Assembly (NCBI GenBank): GCA_964188305.1
Contig: OZ076902.1
DNA: 64,000 nt
Source of the DNA: Podarcis bocagei
Taxonomy: Eukaryota
Reading direction: 5' to 3' (one strand)
The notes beneath the pieces were generated by a model. The model searched no databases. It was not told the origin of the DNA and was given only the letters and a program-made list of their open reading frames with translations. Shown here piece by piece: positions 52,853 to 63,651 of this stretch. The stretch's first letter is position 1. Each line of letters starts with the position of its first letter. Made by a program: the position numbers and the translations under genes.

Positions 52853-53754
52853 TGTCAGTGTGGCATAGCGGTGAGAGCGCCAGGGACCAGGAGAAACCAG
52901 GTATCATGGACTGGTTGGGGTGCAGAGGAATGATGGGGGGAACCAGCTGGGGAACCCCCAGGGGAAGAAGGCTCGGAGCCCAGGGAGTGGTGGTGGGACA
53001 ATGATGAGTGGTCAGAAGGAGAACAGGGAGGTGTTGGAAACTGAAGAGGCAACAGGGCTTAGTGAGCGGGGAGAGTCTGTGGCAGAGAGCAGCCCAGAAT
53101 CAGAGGCAGAAGCTGAAGCTGAAGAAGGAGTGGAGGGAGACCAAGGAGCAGAGAGGATCTGGCTGGCGAATAGTCACAGGTGTCTCTCCCTCCTGCTGCG
53201 ATAAGCTCCTCTCCCCCTCCCCCCTGGTCTCCCAAAACTAGGCAAGACACTAGGAAAATGGGGAAGGAGAAATTGGCATCATGCAGGTACAGTCTCAGAT
53301 TGCTTGGGGGAAACCTTGGAGAGGAAGGTACTTGGACAGCAGCAGGAAGACAAGCACCTTCAGTCTCTGCAACTGCTCCATGGGGGCAAGGCCTGCTGGA
53401 GATGTTGCTGTCCACATTAGGCCTGACACCCCTATGTAGATTGTGTTTTTGCTAATACAGTGGTACCCTGGGTTACATAAGCTTCAGGTTACATACGCTT
53501 CAGGTTACAGACTCCACTAACCCAGAAATCGTGCTTCAGGTTAAGAACTTTGCTTCAGGATAAGAACAGAAATCATGCTCCGGCGGCGCGGTGGCAGCAG
53601 GAGGCCCCATTAGCTAAAGTGGTGCTTCAGGGTAAGAACAGTTTCAGGTTAAGTACGGACCTCCAGAACGAATTAAGTACTTAACCCGAGGTACCACTGT
53701 ACACATTTAACTCCAACTTGCAAGGCATGATTTATTGCTGGCTCGCTCCTGACA
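52853..53754 (+). mobile_element. Possible solo LTR (TGTCAG..CTGACA) interrupted by a MITE
   Basis: 6-bp inverted TG..CA termini; no TSD seen. Confidence 0.4.
53458..53699. mobile_element. Tc1/pogo-type MITE
   Basis: cagtggtacc..ggtaccactg TIRs, TA TSD; close relative of the 63421 copy. Confidence 0.88.
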
Positions 53755-54359
53755 CCGGGGTTCAAATCCCCACTCTGCTGCCATCTCACCTTGGAGCAGT
53801 CGCTGCCTCTTAGCCTACCTCAAAGGGTTGTTGTGGGGGTGAATTGAAGGGGGGGGGAAAGAACCACTATGCCACTTTGAACTCCTCGGAGGAAAGGGGG
53901 GGGGTAATAAATGCAGGGTGTGTCTCTCTTCCCCCGCAGAATCTGAACCCGCAACCAGCTGCAAGGGTAGTGGCAGAGGAGCAAGAGCCCTATCTATGCT
54001 GCCTTTAGCTTATTGGAGGAAAGGGGGGGGGATATAAAATTAGTGGAAGCTGGCTTGTTAGGGCAAATGGGGCAGCGGCCGACCAACGCTCGGTCTGCGT
54101 TCAGCCAGCCCCCACCTTCCTGCCCTCTTTTCTTACAGCCAGACCAAGGGGTCGCCCCTGCTCTCAGCTTCCTCCTCTTCAGTCTCAGTGTTGCCCTTAC
54201 AGAAATCAGCTGGGGGTGGGGAGAAAGATGGGGGGAACCAACAAGGACTGGGGATTGCCCATCATTGGCTCTGTGCCGCCTGGGCTCCCTGCCTTCCGCC
54301 CCACCACCCACAATGGAGCACCAGCTGTTGGCTGCATAAAATGTAACGTCAAAACAAAC

Positions 54360-54436
54360 CTTCTGAACGAGGTTCCGGGCTGTGCTGAAATGAGCGACAA
54401 TCTTGTCCACGGAGGCACTGACTGCCACGAGCAAAG
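54360..54436 (-). CDS. RUSC1: RUSC1 exon (LLVAVSASVDKIVAHFSTARNLVQK)
   Basis: tccag|CT acceptor, AAG|gtttgt donor. Confidence 0.94.
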
Positions 54437-54800
54437 CTGGAGGAAAGCCGAGAGAAGAGAGAGGATTACCGGGGGGGGGGCATTGTTTGCTTGCGCTTCG
54501 GGGGCTGCCGTCCAGAAGTTTTGATTTTGAATTGTTTTTAGAATGAATTGATTTTAGAATGCATGTCAATTAATTGATTGTGATTTTATATAAACTGTTA
54601 CTTTTATTGTTGTTAGCCGCTCTGAGCCCAGCTTCGGCTGGGGAGGGCGGGATATAAATAAAATTTTATTATTATTATTATTATTAAGTCCTTTCTGGTT
54701 ATGATTTAGGCTTATGGTGGTATCGGGGCAGTTGCGAGCGATCATGCTGCTTGCACCTGCAAACAATATCAGGGCAGACCGCCCGCTTCTTTTCCAATTA

Positions 54801-55040
54801 CAGTGATACCTCAGTTTTCAAACGTCTCCGTTGACGAACATTTTGGTTTTTGAACGCCGTAAACCCAGAAGAAAATGCTTCTGTTTTCAAACGCACCTCA
54901 GAAGTCAAACTGAAAACACAGCTTCCATATTGAGTTTTCCGTATTGAGGCTTCTGTACGGAGTTTTCAGTTTTCGAGCCTTTCGGAACTTGAACGGTCTT
55001 CCGGAACAGATTGCTTTCAAAAACCGAAGTACCACTACAG
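54801..55040. mobile_element. Tc1/pogo-type MITE (degenerate)
   Basis: cagtgatacctc..gaagtaccact ends. Confidence 0.7.
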
Positions 55041-55457
55041 TATACAGTACACATGTCATAGCTTCCTGCTGAAATACTAGCACCATCCGGGAGGCTTGCC
55101 TGACACCATCATTATATATCTTTAGGTGCCAGGCAAAAATGTTCCTCTATAGCCAAACCTTTGGCTGATTAAATGGTCGGTTTGCTTTTATTATGTATTT
55201 TGTGTTCTCGTTTTGTATTTTTGTGTTGTGAGCTGCCCTGTGGTCTTTGGATGAAGGCTGATATACACATTTAATCAGTGCTTTTTTCTTAAAAAAAATG
55301 TTTAGGGGTACTCTCATTTTCCTACTCATATTGAAATACTGGCCCTTAATGAGGCCAAACCTAGATTCACAAAATGTTTAGGGGTATGCGTACCCCTGCG
55401 TTCCCCCAGAAAAAAGCACTGCATTTAATTAATCATCATCATCTGAGCTATACATTC

Positions 55458-55908
55458 AAGGTAAAGGTAAAGGGACCCCTGACTATTAGGTCCAGTCATG
55501 GCTGACTCTGGGGTTGCGGCGCTCATCTTGCTTTACTGGCCGAGGGAGCCGGCGTACAGCTTCCAGGTCATGTGGCCAGCATGACTAAGCCGCTTCTGGT
55601 GAACCAGAGCAGCGCACGGAAACGCCGTTTACCTTCCCGCCGGAGCGGTACCTATTGATCTACTTGCACTTTGAGGTGCTTTCGAACTGCTAGGTTGGCA
55701 GGAGCAGGGACCGAGCAACGGGAGCTCACCCCGTCGCAGGGATTCGAATCACCGACCTTCTGATCGGCAAACCTATTTATCTACTTGCACTTTGACACGC
55801 TTTTGAACTGCTAGGTTGGCAGGAGCAGGGACCAAGCAACGGGAGCTCACCCCGTTGCAGGGATTCAAACCGCCGACCTTCTGATCAGCAAGTCCTAGGC
55901 TCTGTGGT
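55458..55908 (-). mobile_element. Sauria SINE with ~120-bp internal tandem duplication
   Basis: Segment cctatt..ctgatcggcaa repeated at 55651-55771 and 55772-~55892. Confidence 0.88.
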
Positions 55909-57099
55909 TACAAATCAGGAGTGGGAGTCCTTAAGGAGGTTGGATGGCGCCTTGTACGCCTCCAGCAACTCCTGCAGCCAAGCTGGTGCCAAACGTATTG
56001 CTCTGCTTTCCTTTGGATTACATCAGCGAGGCTGAAAAGGGGCCCCAGGTCCTCCATACACACTGCCTGCCTTGCACCCCAGAAAGGCCACTTTGGTGCC
56101 ACTAACGGGGCAAAAACAACATGGGAGGCAGCAGTTATGATTTACCAGACTCTGCAGCCACAGCAGGCACTGCGATTCTCCAGCGGTTTGACGCCACCCC
56201 CAGAGGCACACTCCTTTGTCTCTCGAGACAGACAGACAGATGCCAGCAACAAAAACATTCAAAGCGCTATTATACCACTCTAAGCAGCCGCGGCTTCCCC
56301 CAAGGAATCCTGGGAACTGTAGTTTTTTATGGGTGCTGAAAGTTGTGAGGAGGCCCCCTTTCCCCTCCTAGAGCGACAATTCCCAGAGCTTCCTAGGGAA
56401 AGGAACTGGTTGTTAAACAACTTGTTGCTCTGTGAGGAGAAGGAGGGTGTCTCCTAACCCCTCTCAACGCCTTTAACAAACAGTATCTCCCAGAATTCTT
56501 TGGGGGAAGCCATGACTATTTAAAGTGGTATTGCTGTGCTTTGAATGTATAGAGTGAATGGGGCCTCACTTTCTTTCTCTTTTAAATGAAAGCTGGGGAT
56601 CTGGAAACTTATGTTTCATACGTTTGCCCCCCTCTCCGCTGGATGCCCATGGGGGTGCCGATGGAAAAGAAGGTGGCAGACCCTCCCTGTCTCTCTCTCT
56701 TTTCAAATCTTCCTGGGGTTTCCTGTGAATACAACACGTTTCCATGGAAATCCTCATCTCTTTGGCCTCCCTTCAGGTTTTCAAGAATTAAAGGTGCCAG
56801 GAGAGACATGGGTTGCCATGGGAACGAAGAAGGCCTGAATAGGAGTTGGGAAGAGTTCCCAGATATTGAAGGTGTTTGGGTGGCTTTTTGCATCTCTCCC
56901 CCCTCGCCCGAGTTTCCCTCCTTCCTCTCCTAACATGTCCATCACCCCAACCTCTAAAGTTGAACACTTTTGTCTAATTTGTTAACACCATGAGGCTAGA
57001 CATTTCCTAGCACGTCGCAAGCAGTAAGCTCAGTATTGTCAACAATGAAAAATAAGAATTATTAACCAATCGTGATCAACAATTATTGATGATCAATAG

Positions 57100-57141
57100 T
57101 GATAGATGATAGATAGATAGATGATAGATAGATAGATAGAT

Positions 57142-57178
<37 letters not shown>

Positions 57179-57232
57179 TTGATAGGCAGATAGATAGATA
57201 CTGTAGATAGTTAGACAGATAGATGATAGAGA
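57100..57232. repeat. (GATA)n microsatellite
   Basis: Direct reading. Confidence 0.95.
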
Positions 57233-57257
57233 GATATAATGTGTTTTAAGATTGTAC

Positions 57258-57356
57258 CTTTCTTTTGTTCTCGAAGTTGGGCATAGACTCGGTCAGCATC
57301 GGCCCCCCACAGATGGCTAGTATTTGGGACCCCACCAAAGGACTGGGAATGTCTGA
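57258..57356 (-). CDS. RUSC1: RUSC1 exon (RHSQSFGGVPNTSHLWGADADRVYAQLREQKK)
   Basis: ttccag|TC acceptor, G|gtacaa donor; aligns with recalled human RSSWSFAGVPGAQRLWMAEAQSGTGQLQEQKK; not in the ORF track. Confidence 0.88.
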
Positions 57357-58691
57357 CTGGAAGAAGATGGGACAGAAAGAAGGGAAGTCAACATATGGAG
57401 GACAAGAAGGTATCTAGTTTCTCTGTGGATGCCAGGATTTTCATTTATTTATTCCAGTTATTAGCCAAGCCCTCACAAAGTGAAACGAAGAAAAAGAAAT
57501 CTTTTTTTAAAACACACACAGAGAGAGAGAGTATGAAGTATTGGGCAGATTCAGACAGTCGTGGCTTGAATTAGATCACCTAAACCCTAATAATAATTAT
57601 AATAATAATAATTTATTTGTACCCTGCCCATCTGGCAAGGTTTCCCCAGCCATTCTGGGCGGCTCCCAACAGAATATTAAACACATGACAAGACATCAAA
57701 CATTAAAAACTTCCCTTTAGGAAAGGGAGAAGTGCAGGTCCTGGATCTCAGCTGAAATGAAAATCCTGTGCCCCTCCAGGTATTGCTGGGATCCAGCTCC
57801 CATCAGCCCCAGCCAGGATGGTCAGAGATGATATACACCTGGGACTGTTCAACTGGTGCAACATGAGACTCTCCATCTCAAGGACATGAGTTGAAGCCCC
57901 ACGCTGGGCAAAAGATTCCTGCATTGCAGGGGATGGGAGTGCATATCCCTTGTGGTCCCTTCCAACTCTATGATTCTATGAATATATGGACCAAGGGAAC
58001 CTTTCAGTGATGGAACAGCCTCAGAGCACTCATCAAACCCAGGTTGGTGCTTGCAGACCAGACCTGGCACTCAGATGTTGGGGAGCAAGAGGGTTGCTTC
58101 TACAGATGTTTTGAGAGATCGTGCTTTGGCATGACAACAAGGAGGGATCCACCTTACTCAGGCAGATGTGCGTCCCCTCCCCGTCACTCTTCCTTTCCCA
58201 CACATCTCCCATCTCCCTGCTCCCCCCAAAAGCAAGATACCTAGATCATTTCGCCACCAGCCCCTTGTGGAATGCCACTTAAAACCAGAGCTTAGAAAGG
58301 TTTTATGATTATTATTAAATGAACTTGTTCTAGTTGAAGATGTCCACACACACAAAAAGGAACTACATGCCTGTTCAGGTTCATCCTTTTACAAAACAAA
58401 CTAGTTCAGTTCTCAGTTTGAGTCCATTCAAGTTATCCACATCAAAAAGAGAGAGGGAAAAATCAACATTCAGAATGTGGCAAGCTGCAGTGCTACGATA
58501 TAGAACACACTGTACTTTCAAAGATGAAGAAAACATCAACACACAAAGCAGAATGTGAATGGTTTCATTTACTTTCCCCAACAATATATATATATATATA
58601 TATATTTGCTTTCGTAGATTTTCACGGGTACAGGAATGCAGGTTTTGGTGTCTTCGGGTGTCTTCCCGTGTAAGAGTTGGGGTGTCTAGGC

Positions 58692-58725
58692 GACGTTTCG
58701 ACGAGGTCTCACTCGTCATCTTCAG
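58692..58725 (-). ncRNA. Minimal type I hammerhead ribozyme motif (left pLTR)
   Basis: Minus strand CTGAAGA-T-GACGAG-tgagac-CTCGTC-GAAAC-GTC. Confidence 0.75.
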
Positions 58726-59603
58726 GCTGGTGCTTTCGGCTTCTTGTTACTGGAACAGAGCAGGATCTCAGTGTTTGAGTTCCTATAAATACTGTTGAGG
58801 GGGTGTGGTGTATAGCATCCAACGTTCTGGGCAGAGAGGAAGTTCCCAGGTTAGTGTGCCTTTTCTTCTTTTGTTCATTAATTACTTGAGGGATATCTTG
58901 AGTGATTTCTTGAGTGATATTCTGAGTACCACTTAGGAGGGTCATTAGGTGTGGATTAGTTGCTAAAGCTTTCGTGTCTTGACCTCTTGAGCTTGTGAAG
59001 AGTTTTTCTGAGAAGATGGCTGTACTGCAAATAGTTGTGCTCTGGCTTGGCTTCGTGTATAGGGGCGAGCTGTGGTTTTGTGCCCTGTGCCAGCCAGATC
59101 TGTGTAGGGATTGCAGGGGGGTGCAGCATCCGGAGGTGCCACTATGGTTTGGCTACTGGATGGTGTCTGTAATTTATCTGTGGAGAGGGTCTGGGTTTGG
59201 GTCTGGTGTGGTTGATTGGAGATGGCGTTCTGTGTGCGTTGATGGCGTTGATTGGAGATGGCGTCCCTATACACGAAGCCAAGCCAGAGCACAACTATTT
59301 GCAGTACAGCCATCTTCTCAGAAAAACTCTTCACAAGCTCAAGAGGTCAAGACACGAAAGCTTTAGCAACTAATCCACACCTAATGACCCTCCTAAGTGG
59401 TACTCAGAATATCACTCAAGAAATCACTCAAGATATCCCTCAAGTAATTAATGAACAAAAGAAGAAAAGGCACACTAACCTGGGAACTTCCTCTCTGCCC
59501 AGAACGTTGGATGCTATACACCACACCCCCTCAACAGTATTTATAGGAACTCAAACACTGAGATCCTGCTCTGTTCCAGTAACAAGAAGCCGAAAGCACC
59601 AGC

Positions 59604-59637
59604 CTGAAGATGACGAGTGAGACCTCGTCGAAACGTC
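59604..59637 (+). ncRNA. Minimal type I hammerhead ribozyme motif (right pLTR)
   Basis: CTGAAGA-T-GACGAG-tgagac-CTCGTC-GAAAC-GTC. Confidence 0.75.
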
Positions 59638-59674
59638 GCCTAGACACCCCAACTCTTACACGGGAAGACACCCG

Positions 59675-59812
59675 NNNNNNNNNNNNNNNNNNNNNNNNNN
59701 NNNNNNNNNNNNNNNNNNNNNNNNNNNNNNNNNNNNNNNNNNNNNNNNNNNNNNNNNNNNNNNNNNNNNNNNNNNNNNNNNNNNNNNNNNNNNNNNNNNN
59801 NNNNNNNNNNNN
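59675..59812. other. Assembly gap (138 N)
   Basis: Run of N. Confidence 1.
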
Positions 59813-60049
59813 CGCACCAGACCACAAGACGCACCTAGTTTTTGGAGGAGGAAAACAATAAAAAAAATATTCTGAATCTCAGAAGCCAGAACAGCAAGAG
59901 GGATCGCTGCGCAGTGAAAGCAGCAATCCCTCTTGCTGTTCTGGCTTCTGGGATAGCTGCGCAGCCTGCATTCGCTCTACAAGACGCACACACATTTCCC
60001 CTTACTTTTTTGGAGGGAAAAAGTGAGTCTTATAGAGCAAAAAATACAG
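59813..60049. mobile_element. Same MITE family as 52221; left end hidden in the gap
   Basis: Near-identical to 52243-52477. Confidence 0.88.
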
Positions 60050-61348
60050 TATATAGTATATGTATATATGTATGTATATGTATATGTACACAGACACGCT
60101 GTATATGCGCCAATGAAGCTGTGGGCAGGAGGCATGCAGGTATGGTTTCCCATCAGCAGGAGGATGAACTTTAGTGGTCCCTCTATAGCTCTTTGAATTG
60201 CACCCTCCTTGAAGGAGCTCTCCCCCTGTATTTTCCCGGCAAGGTATATATCCTGACTTAGGCAACCAGTCTGGACTGGAGATGATCAGAAACACGCGAC
60301 TATTAGCCTCCTCTCAGGGTGGTTAATTCTTTTTCTAGCACAGGTGGGGGAAACCTCCAGTTGTTGCTGGACTACAACTCCCATCATCCCTGGCCATTGT
60401 TTACACTGGCTGGGGCTGATGGGAGCTGGAGTCCAACCAAGTTATTTGTCAAAAGCATTTTTTACCCAGCTCTTCAGCCCAAAAACACCTCCCAGAGCGG
60501 GTTGCAGTGATCAATAATAAGAGAGTCTAGAGAGCATTGGTTCCCAATGTGGCTGGTACCACCTCCTGGGGGGCAGTGTGATTACTTGTGGGGTGGGTGC
60601 TAAGAGGCAAGAGGGCAATGTAAATGACGATCAGATTTCGAAAAGCTGGTATCACTGGATGAAGTTCATCTATTTAGTTGCTTTAATTAATCTAAAGACA
60701 GAGACCAATTTGCTATGTTCTGGACCCCCCCATGCAGGTCACCAGGGCCCCCCCCCCGCTCTGTTCTGTCCCCCCATCCTGTTCCACCCCTTTTTGCGAT
60801 GTTTTCAGGGCACTTCTGGGTTCAGCGCAATGCGCATGTGCGCAATGGCACACATATCCCCTAAAACAGTCGCTGCCTGCAAATAGTTTTCATTGGATTC
60901 TGAATGAATGTGCAATTGGTTGTTACAGTTTTGTATTTCACTGTGTTATTATCCCCCTTAGAGGGCCGTGCAAATCGCAGTTCTGCGTAATGCTTTTTAG
61001 AGATGGGGGGGGGGACCACTGGAGCTGAGTTTACAGAACCAAGGGGCCGGTGGCACAAAAAGGCTTGAGAACCACTGGTCTAGAGGACCTCGAGTTCCCC
61101 TCCCAGTTGCACACACCTGATGCCAAAGGGCAGGAATAGCCGTACCCACAAGAAGCTGATTGGATGAGGCCAGAACGGCAACTCGCACAGAGTTGCAACG
61201 GGCAGCCTCTGTCTCTGTGCGGACAGCTGCTTTGGCCTCACAGCCTTCAACCAAATCCCTCAAGGAGGCGCACAGTTTGGGGAACAGGTGACGGAGGCAG
61301 GGAAGGTGGGAAGGAGAAGGAGGGAGAATGAGGGGAGAGGCGGCTTAC

Positions 61349-62010
61349 GTTGCTTGGGAGCTCCCGGCTCTCTGGCTTCCATACTGCCCCAGGGCACTCT
61401 CCCGAGCCCTGCTCCAGCCTGGCTGTCAAGGGGGGCGCGGCGGGCTCCAAACGGCCGCTCGGGCACCTGGCGGGGTGGGAAAGCTAAGGCGGGGAAGGTG
61501 CGGCTGCGGGGGAAGAGGGGTGAGAACAGCACAGCCAAGTCGGGGCTCTCCAGGAAAGGCAGGACGCTCCTGGCAGGGGGGGAGTAGGCCCCGATGGGGG
61601 AGAGGCGGATGGGGAGCAGCTCCTCGGGCGAGAGGGTGCCCAAGACCTGCCCCTGCCGCCCAGCCAGGAGGCAGACCTCCTCGCAGGACAAGGTCTTGAG
61701 CCTGGGGCAGAAGGCCGGGGCAGGAGGGGCAGGGGAGCTCAGCCCCACACTCTCTAAGCCAGTGCAGAGTGAGGGGTGCAGGGGTGCCGGGCCGTCCACC
61801 ACAGAGAAATGGACCAGGAGAGGTGGGTAGGGCAAATTTTGAGGTCTGGAGGAGCGGGCAAGGAGGGCGTCAGCTGCAGGCCAGAGCGAGGGCAAGGGGG
61901 CCAGGAGGTCGTGGCAGCAGGACCAAGGAGCGAAGCCAGTGCAGAGCGAGGGATGGATGGATTTTGGGGGGGGGGAGCACGTGAGGTCGACAAACCAGTG
62001 AGAAATGCAT
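61349..62010 (-). CDS. RUSC1: RUSC1 probable alternative 5' coding exon (..IRLSPIGAYSPP..SPDLAVLFSPLFPRSRTFP..); 5' end uncertain
   Basis: GC-rich open frame; strong donor C|gtaagc in phase with the next exon; motif resembles a recalled mammalian RUSC1 isoform-specific segment. Confidence 0.65.
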
Positions 62011-63420
62011 GGAAGCCAGACAACGAGCCAGACCAGCGTGATTGATTGATTGATTGATTGATTGACATGGGAAGCAGGACGGGGGTGTGGGAGGGGGAGC
62101 CAGAAAGAGGTTTTGGGTGGGGGTGAAGAGCAAGGAAGGAGAGGAAGAGGAGAGAATATGAAACAAAAGAAAACAAAACAAAGTTATTTCCAGAAGTCAC
62201 ACAGCAGACAACGAACAAACATAATGGTCATGAGACACGCAACACAAAACAATCCCGACGCCAGAAACACCCAACCTCGTTTGGAGAAGCTGTGTGTCTT
62301 CAGCTGGGAAACGCAGGACCTTAATCCAGAGTTGGGGGGCTCTTCCCCACTCACTCCATACATGAGATACCATGTTAAGCATTCATGGCGTCCCCCCCCA
62401 AAGGATTCTGGGAGATAAAAGTTCATCAAGGGCGCTGGGAGTTGTCAGGAGGCCCCTGACCTACGATTCCCAAAGCGGTTTTAACAGCCAAGCCCTTTTC
62501 ATGGGGGACTCTGGGAACTGTAGCTCTGGGAGGGGAATGAGGGGTCACCCTAATAACTCTCATCACCCTTAACAAGTGGCACCTCCCAGAATTATTTGGG
62601 GGAAGCCATGACTCTTTATAGTGCTTTAAATGCATGGTGTGAATATGGCCTGAGAAGCCTTCTGTTTGTTGCTTGACTTCCAGCTCCCATTTTCCCTGAC
62701 TGACCACTGGCCTTGTTGGCTGGGGCTGAGGAGAGTAGAGAGACGGAAAATGTCTTGAGGGTCACAAGCTTGCCCTGTCTGGTGTAGGAAAAGTTCTTTT
62801 GAATTAAGATGGCAGAACTGAATCTTCCAAAACTGCACTGATTTTAACCACAGATGTCAAAACTGTGCTGATTATTTGTTTGTTACACTTCCCGGGCGAT
62901 TCCAGGTATGAGACTGCTAATGCTTTCTAATCTTAATTTATTTAACAAAATGTATAGACTACTTGCTTGTAGTAAAGCCTCTCAGTGGTTTACGAGAAGG
63001 TCCCATGTTTTCAACTCCCAGCATCTTCAGGTAGGATTGGGAAAATACCCCCTGCCTGAAGACCTGGTGTGTGCTGCTGCCAGTCAGTGTAGACATTACT
63101 GAGGTAGATGGAGCAGTGGTCTGATCTATAAGGTAGCTCTCCATGTTCTCCAGGTAGGACTGGCAGTAGACACTGTCTCAAACTCTGGGGAGGGCCATAG
63201 CTCAATCGAAGGTCTCTGGCTCAATTTCCAGCATCTCAGGTAGGGTTGGAAAGCCTGGAGAGCTGCTGCTGCTGCTGCTGCCAATCAGTGTAGACAGCAC
63301 TGAGTGAGATGGACCTGTGGTCTAACTCAGCAGAAGGCAGCTTTCTATGTTCCAAAGCCCCATATCCAGAACAGAAATGTAGCAAGTTTGGCTTGAAGTC
63401 TCACAAAGTAATCCACATTA

Positions 63421-63651
63421 CAGTGGTACCTCAGGTTACATACGCTTCAGGTTACATACGCTTCAGGTTACAGACTCCGCTAACCCAGAATTAGTACCTC
63501 AGATTAAGAACTTTGCTTCAGGATGAGAACAGAAATCGTGCTCCGGCAGCAGGAGGCCCCATTAGCTAAAGTGGTGCTTCAGGTTAAGAACAGTTTCAGG
63601 TTAACTACGGACCTCCGGAACGAATTAAGTACTTAACCCGAGGTATCACTG
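63421..63651. mobile_element. Tc1/pogo-type MITE
   Basis: cagtggtacctc / gaggtatcactg TIRs, TA TSD. Confidence 0.88.

Larger units (their letters stand above)
58605..59674. mobile_element. Penelope-like retroelement remnant with inverted pseudo-LTRs
   Basis: 410-bp inverted arms (58655-59064 / 59265-59674), each with a hammerhead core CTGAAGA..GAAAC; left 3' end abuts (TA)n; right arm runs into an N gap. Confidence 0.8.
42641..62010 (-). other. RUSC1: RUSC1 gene span (RUN and SH3 domain-containing 1), convergent with ASH1L
   Basis: Spliced minus-strand exons give the RUN domain (VSASVDKIVAHF..LGDSRLSPD..LCPALRALVGDGLKPF..PWSVVEAS..RFHAFILGLLN..ELLLLLQPL) and a C-terminal SH3; tail-to-tail arrangement with ASH1L as recalled for human 1q22. 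Confidence 0.95.

Noticed and set aside
52920-53204. Glu-rich ORF
   Set aside because: Lies in a purine-rich LTR-like repeat; no exon evidence
58963-59366. Twin 123-aa ORFs on opposite strands with identical ends
   Set aside because: A geometric result of the inverted repeat; only the minus-strand tail may be a PLE ORF remnant
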